Of a stretch of DNA of 64,000 nucleotides, positions 61,755 through 64,000 are shown one piece after another (positions within the stretch are counted from its first letter, which is position 1; each line of letters starts with the position of its first letter). The stretch is from Gemmatimonadales bacterium (GTDB lineage Bacteria > Gemmatimonadota > Gemmatimonadetes > Gemmatimonadales > GWC2-71-9). Position numbers and translations under genes: made by a program. The notes beneath the pieces were generated by a model. That model had not been told where the DNA came from. It searched no databases and saw only the letters and a program-made list of their open reading frames with translations. The stretch spans positions 319 through 64,318 of the forward strand of contig DASQPE010000099.1 of the NCBI GenBank assembly GCA_035644115.1, in the 5' to 3' direction.

Positions 61755-62272
61755 TACATGATCGACACAGCCAACACGGCGCCGGCCGCGCCGAGCACCT
61801 GTCCGGCGACCACATCGCTGGGATAGTGGACCCGCAGGTAGACCCGCGACGCCCCGACGATAAAAGCGAGCAGAAGGGCCGGTAACCCGACCGCACCACC
61901 CACCACCAGGCAGGGAAGCGCGACCGCCATCGCAGCCGCGGCGTGGCCCGAGGGGAAGGAGAACGCGTCGGGAATGGCGCCGAGCGCGAGGGGTCCTCCC
62001 GGCAACAGGTGGGGCCGTCGCCGGACCACTGTGCGCTTCAGAAGCTGAACGCAGGCGTGGGACGTCGCGTTCGCGAGGAGCAGAGTCGCGCCGAACGTGC
62101 GGGAGGGTCGCCAGGGAAGCAGCAGAATAGGGAGCGACGCGGTCAGCGTAGCACCCCCAGCGTACGTCACCAGCCGGAACGACCTATCCACCCAGCCCGG
62201 CGCCCGCCGCGCTGCAAGGCGCGCCAACCAGGCCTGGTCCAGTGCGCCCAGCCGCTCCACGATCGGCCGCAT
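61751..62272 (-). CDS. PAP2-family phosphatase
   Basis: Track ORF. KRTVVRRRP ... PSGH ... SRVYLRVHYPSDV are the three PAP2 motifs. Confidence 0.85.
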   Translation of the reverse strand: MRPIVERLGALDQAWLARLAARRAPGWVDRSFRLVTYAGGATLTASLPILLLPWRPSRTFGATLLLANATSHACVQLLKRTVVRRRPHLLPGGPLALGAIPDAFSFPSGHAAAAMAVALPCLVVGGAVGLPALLLAFIVGASRVYLRVHYPSDVVAGQVLGAAGAVLAVSIMY

Positions 62273-62358
62273 CGCGTGTCCTGGAATCCGACACCGTAGC
62301 CTACCGGGGTCGAGTCACGACACGGGGACGCGCCGGTCACGATCCGTTCACGCCGCGC

Positions 62359-64000
62359 TTATTGCCCCGACCGGGCCGCGGCTCCTGCCGGCGTGAACCT
62401 GGCCTGCCGTAGCGCCTCGTCCACCCACTGGCGCACCCAGGCGCGCTGGTCCCGGCGGTGGCGTTCCAGCACCTGGCTCGCCTCGACACTGCCGTGGGCG
62501 CCGAACCAGGCGAGCACGATCGCGACCAGGGGCTGGTCGCCCAGCCGCTCCTCCAGCGTGGGAACCAGCGTGACGTCTCCGGTGCGGAGCGCGGCCGCGA
62601 GCGCGGCGGTCTGCACCATGGCCCGGTACGACTGGGTTGCGAGCGCTCTGGCGATGACATCGCGGGCTCCGGCCGAGTCGAGCTGCGCGACGGTGGCGAC
62701 CGCCGCGGCACGGACCGCATAGCTCGAGTCTCCATCGAAAGCGGCCCGCGCCAGTGCCAGTGCGTGGGGGTCCCTGACCGCCGCGAGCGCTGCGATGGCG
62801 GATTCGCGAGCGACAGCCGCGGTGTCGCGGGCCGCCGCCTCGAGCCCGGGAAGCGCGATCGCTGGGGGAAATCGACTCAGCGCCTGCGCAGCGGTGCCGC
62901 GAACCGTGGCGTCACCGCCCTCGCGCGCGGCCGCCACCAGCGCGGCACCAGCCTCCGGATCGGGCGCGCGCAGGGCGAGCTGCTCGACCGCCCAGACCCG
63001 GTTCCACAGGTTCGGCGCCCGGACGGCCTCGGCGGCGAGCCATGCGGTAGGCTGGTCGAAGTGCAGGGTCTTGAGCATCCGGTTGTCGTCGTCGAAAACG
63101 ACCATGGTCGGCGGGCCGGGCAGGTCGGCCACGGTCAGCGTCTCCGCCCGCTGACGCAGGGTGAGCCCCCGCACCAGGTCGCCGGCCGCGGTGCCCACCC
63201 GGACGGTGACCCGACCCTGGAACACGGTCGGCACACTGTAGCGGAGCCCGGTGGAGTCGGCCCGCATCGTGTCCTGCTGGGTCTGGGCTATGATGAGCGT
63301 GAGGTTGCGGGCGGCACTGTCGTAGACCGCGGCCACGGCGAAATCCGGATGGCCCGCCTTGTAGACCCACTGGTCGAAGAACCAGGAGAGATTGTCGCCG
63401 GTTGCCTCCAGAATCGCACGCTGGAGATCGGCGCTGGTCGCGTTAGCGAAGGCGTGGCGCTCGAGATAGCGTCGAACCCCGGCCCAGAAGCGCTGGTCGC
63501 CGAGCTCGAGCCGAAGCATCCGCAGCACCAGCGAGCCCTTGGGATAGATGTTGTTGGATCCCAGCGCGGCGAGCGGCATCCGCCGGCGAGCGTCATCGTC
63601 CAGGTACTGGGCGTAGTCGCTCAGGTAGGCTTCCTCGCCGGCGGTCTCACCCGCGGTGACCCGCCAGTACTGCCCCACCATGAACTGAGCGAAGCCTTCG
63701 TTCAGCCAGTAGCCCGCCCAGTTTGCCGTGGTCACGTAGTTGCCAAACCAGTTGTGGGCGACCTCGTGGGGGATCAGGATCTGGGTATACCACGGCCGGT
63801 CCAACAAGGCCAGCCGGTCCGGGATCCAGTCGGCCATGGTGGTCGCGCTGACGTTTTCCATTCCCCCGAAGTAGTCGGCAACGGTCACCTGGGCGTACTT
63901 GGCCCAGGGAAACGGAACGCCGAGCAGCTGCTCGTACACCTCCAGCACCCGAGGGGCCATGGCGAAGACCGCACGGGCACGAGCGCTGTCGGCCGCCGCG
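62359..64000 (-). CDS. M1-family aminopeptidase with C-terminal HEAT-like repeats, N-terminus beyond window
   Basis: Track ORF 62359..63960; the frame stays open to the window edge. HEVAHNWFGN...WLNEGFAQF is the HExxH-18-E zinc site. The C-terminus has Ala-rich HEAT-like repeats. Confidence 0.85.
   Translation of the reverse strand, partial: AAADSARARAVFAMAPRVLEVYEQLLGVPFPWAKYAQVTVADYFGGMENVSATTMADWIPDRLALLDRPWYTQILIPHEVAHNWFGNYVTTANWAGYWLNEGFAQFMVGQYWRVTAGETAGEEAYLSDYAQYLDDDARRRMPLAALGSNNIYPKGSLVLRMLRLELGDQRFWAGVRRYLERHAFANATSADLQRAILEATGDNLSWFFDQWVYKAGHPDFAVAAVYDSAARNLTLIIAQTQQDTMRADSTGLRYSVPTVFQGRVTVRVGTAAGDLVRGLTLRQRAETLTVADLPGPPTMVVFDDDNRMLKTLHFDQPTAWLAAEAVRAPNLWNRVWAVEQLALRAPDPEAGAALVAAAREGGDATVRGTAAQALSRFPPAIALPGLEAAARDTAAVARESAIAALAAVRDPHALALARAAFDGDSSYAVRAAAVATVAQLDSAGARDVIARALATQSYRAMVQTAALAAALRTGDVTLVPTLEERLGDQPLVAIVLAWFGAHGSVEASQVLERHRRDQRAWVRQWVDEALRQARFTPAGAAARSGQ

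Overview
GC-rich (about two-thirds G+C by eye, not computed), gene-dense bacterial chromosomal segment. The taxon cannot be assigned from sequence alone. I support about 85 protein-coding genes and 2 tRNAs: tRNA-Asn-GTT and tRNA-Lys-TTT, both on the minus strand with no encoded CCA. I recognised no rRNA, CRISPR array, transposase, integrase or phage structural gene.

Recognisable housekeeping and envelope genes:
- uvrA-family ATPase, hrpB, holB, moaC, bioD, lspA and a type IB topoisomerase
- an AcrAB/NodT-type RND efflux operon and an MsbA-like ABC exporter
- a CPA2 antiporter, three SLT/LysM lytic transglycosylases and an M1 aminopeptidase
- a group II PLP decarboxylase

These are interspersed with many small stress or detoxification-type proteins (VOC x4, cupin x4, DinB x2, NTF2-like x4) and many short hypothetical, membrane or secreted proteins. 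Many neighbouring genes overlap by ATGA/GTGA, which suggests translational coupling. Most long ORFs antisense to these genes in the track are high-GC shadow ORFs.

The most unusual signal is non-coding. Three intergenic long hairpins (29177-29282, 39780-39863, 61659-61754) have arms that are themselves about 4 tandem copies of a 7-8 nt unit, and the unit differs at each locus. Two of them carry multiple G:T positions, so they pair well only as plus-strand RNA.

Other leads:
- a cytochrome-c-peroxidase-like 3' gene remnant lying in frame directly after the decarboxylase stop codon
- a tight three-gene cluster of unknowns (11204-12608) that includes a SLATT-like 2-TM protein and a small secreted HExxH protein
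- an apparently lower-GC two-gene cassette (3114-4116)
- a minus-strand UPF0104 / ABC exporter / triple-FHA / PP2C operon with no kinase in the window
- a uvrA-family gene translationally coupled to an EamA exporter

All functional calls come from reading the translated ORFs by eye. No database search or computation was run, and coordinates that differ from the ORF track were hand-counted.
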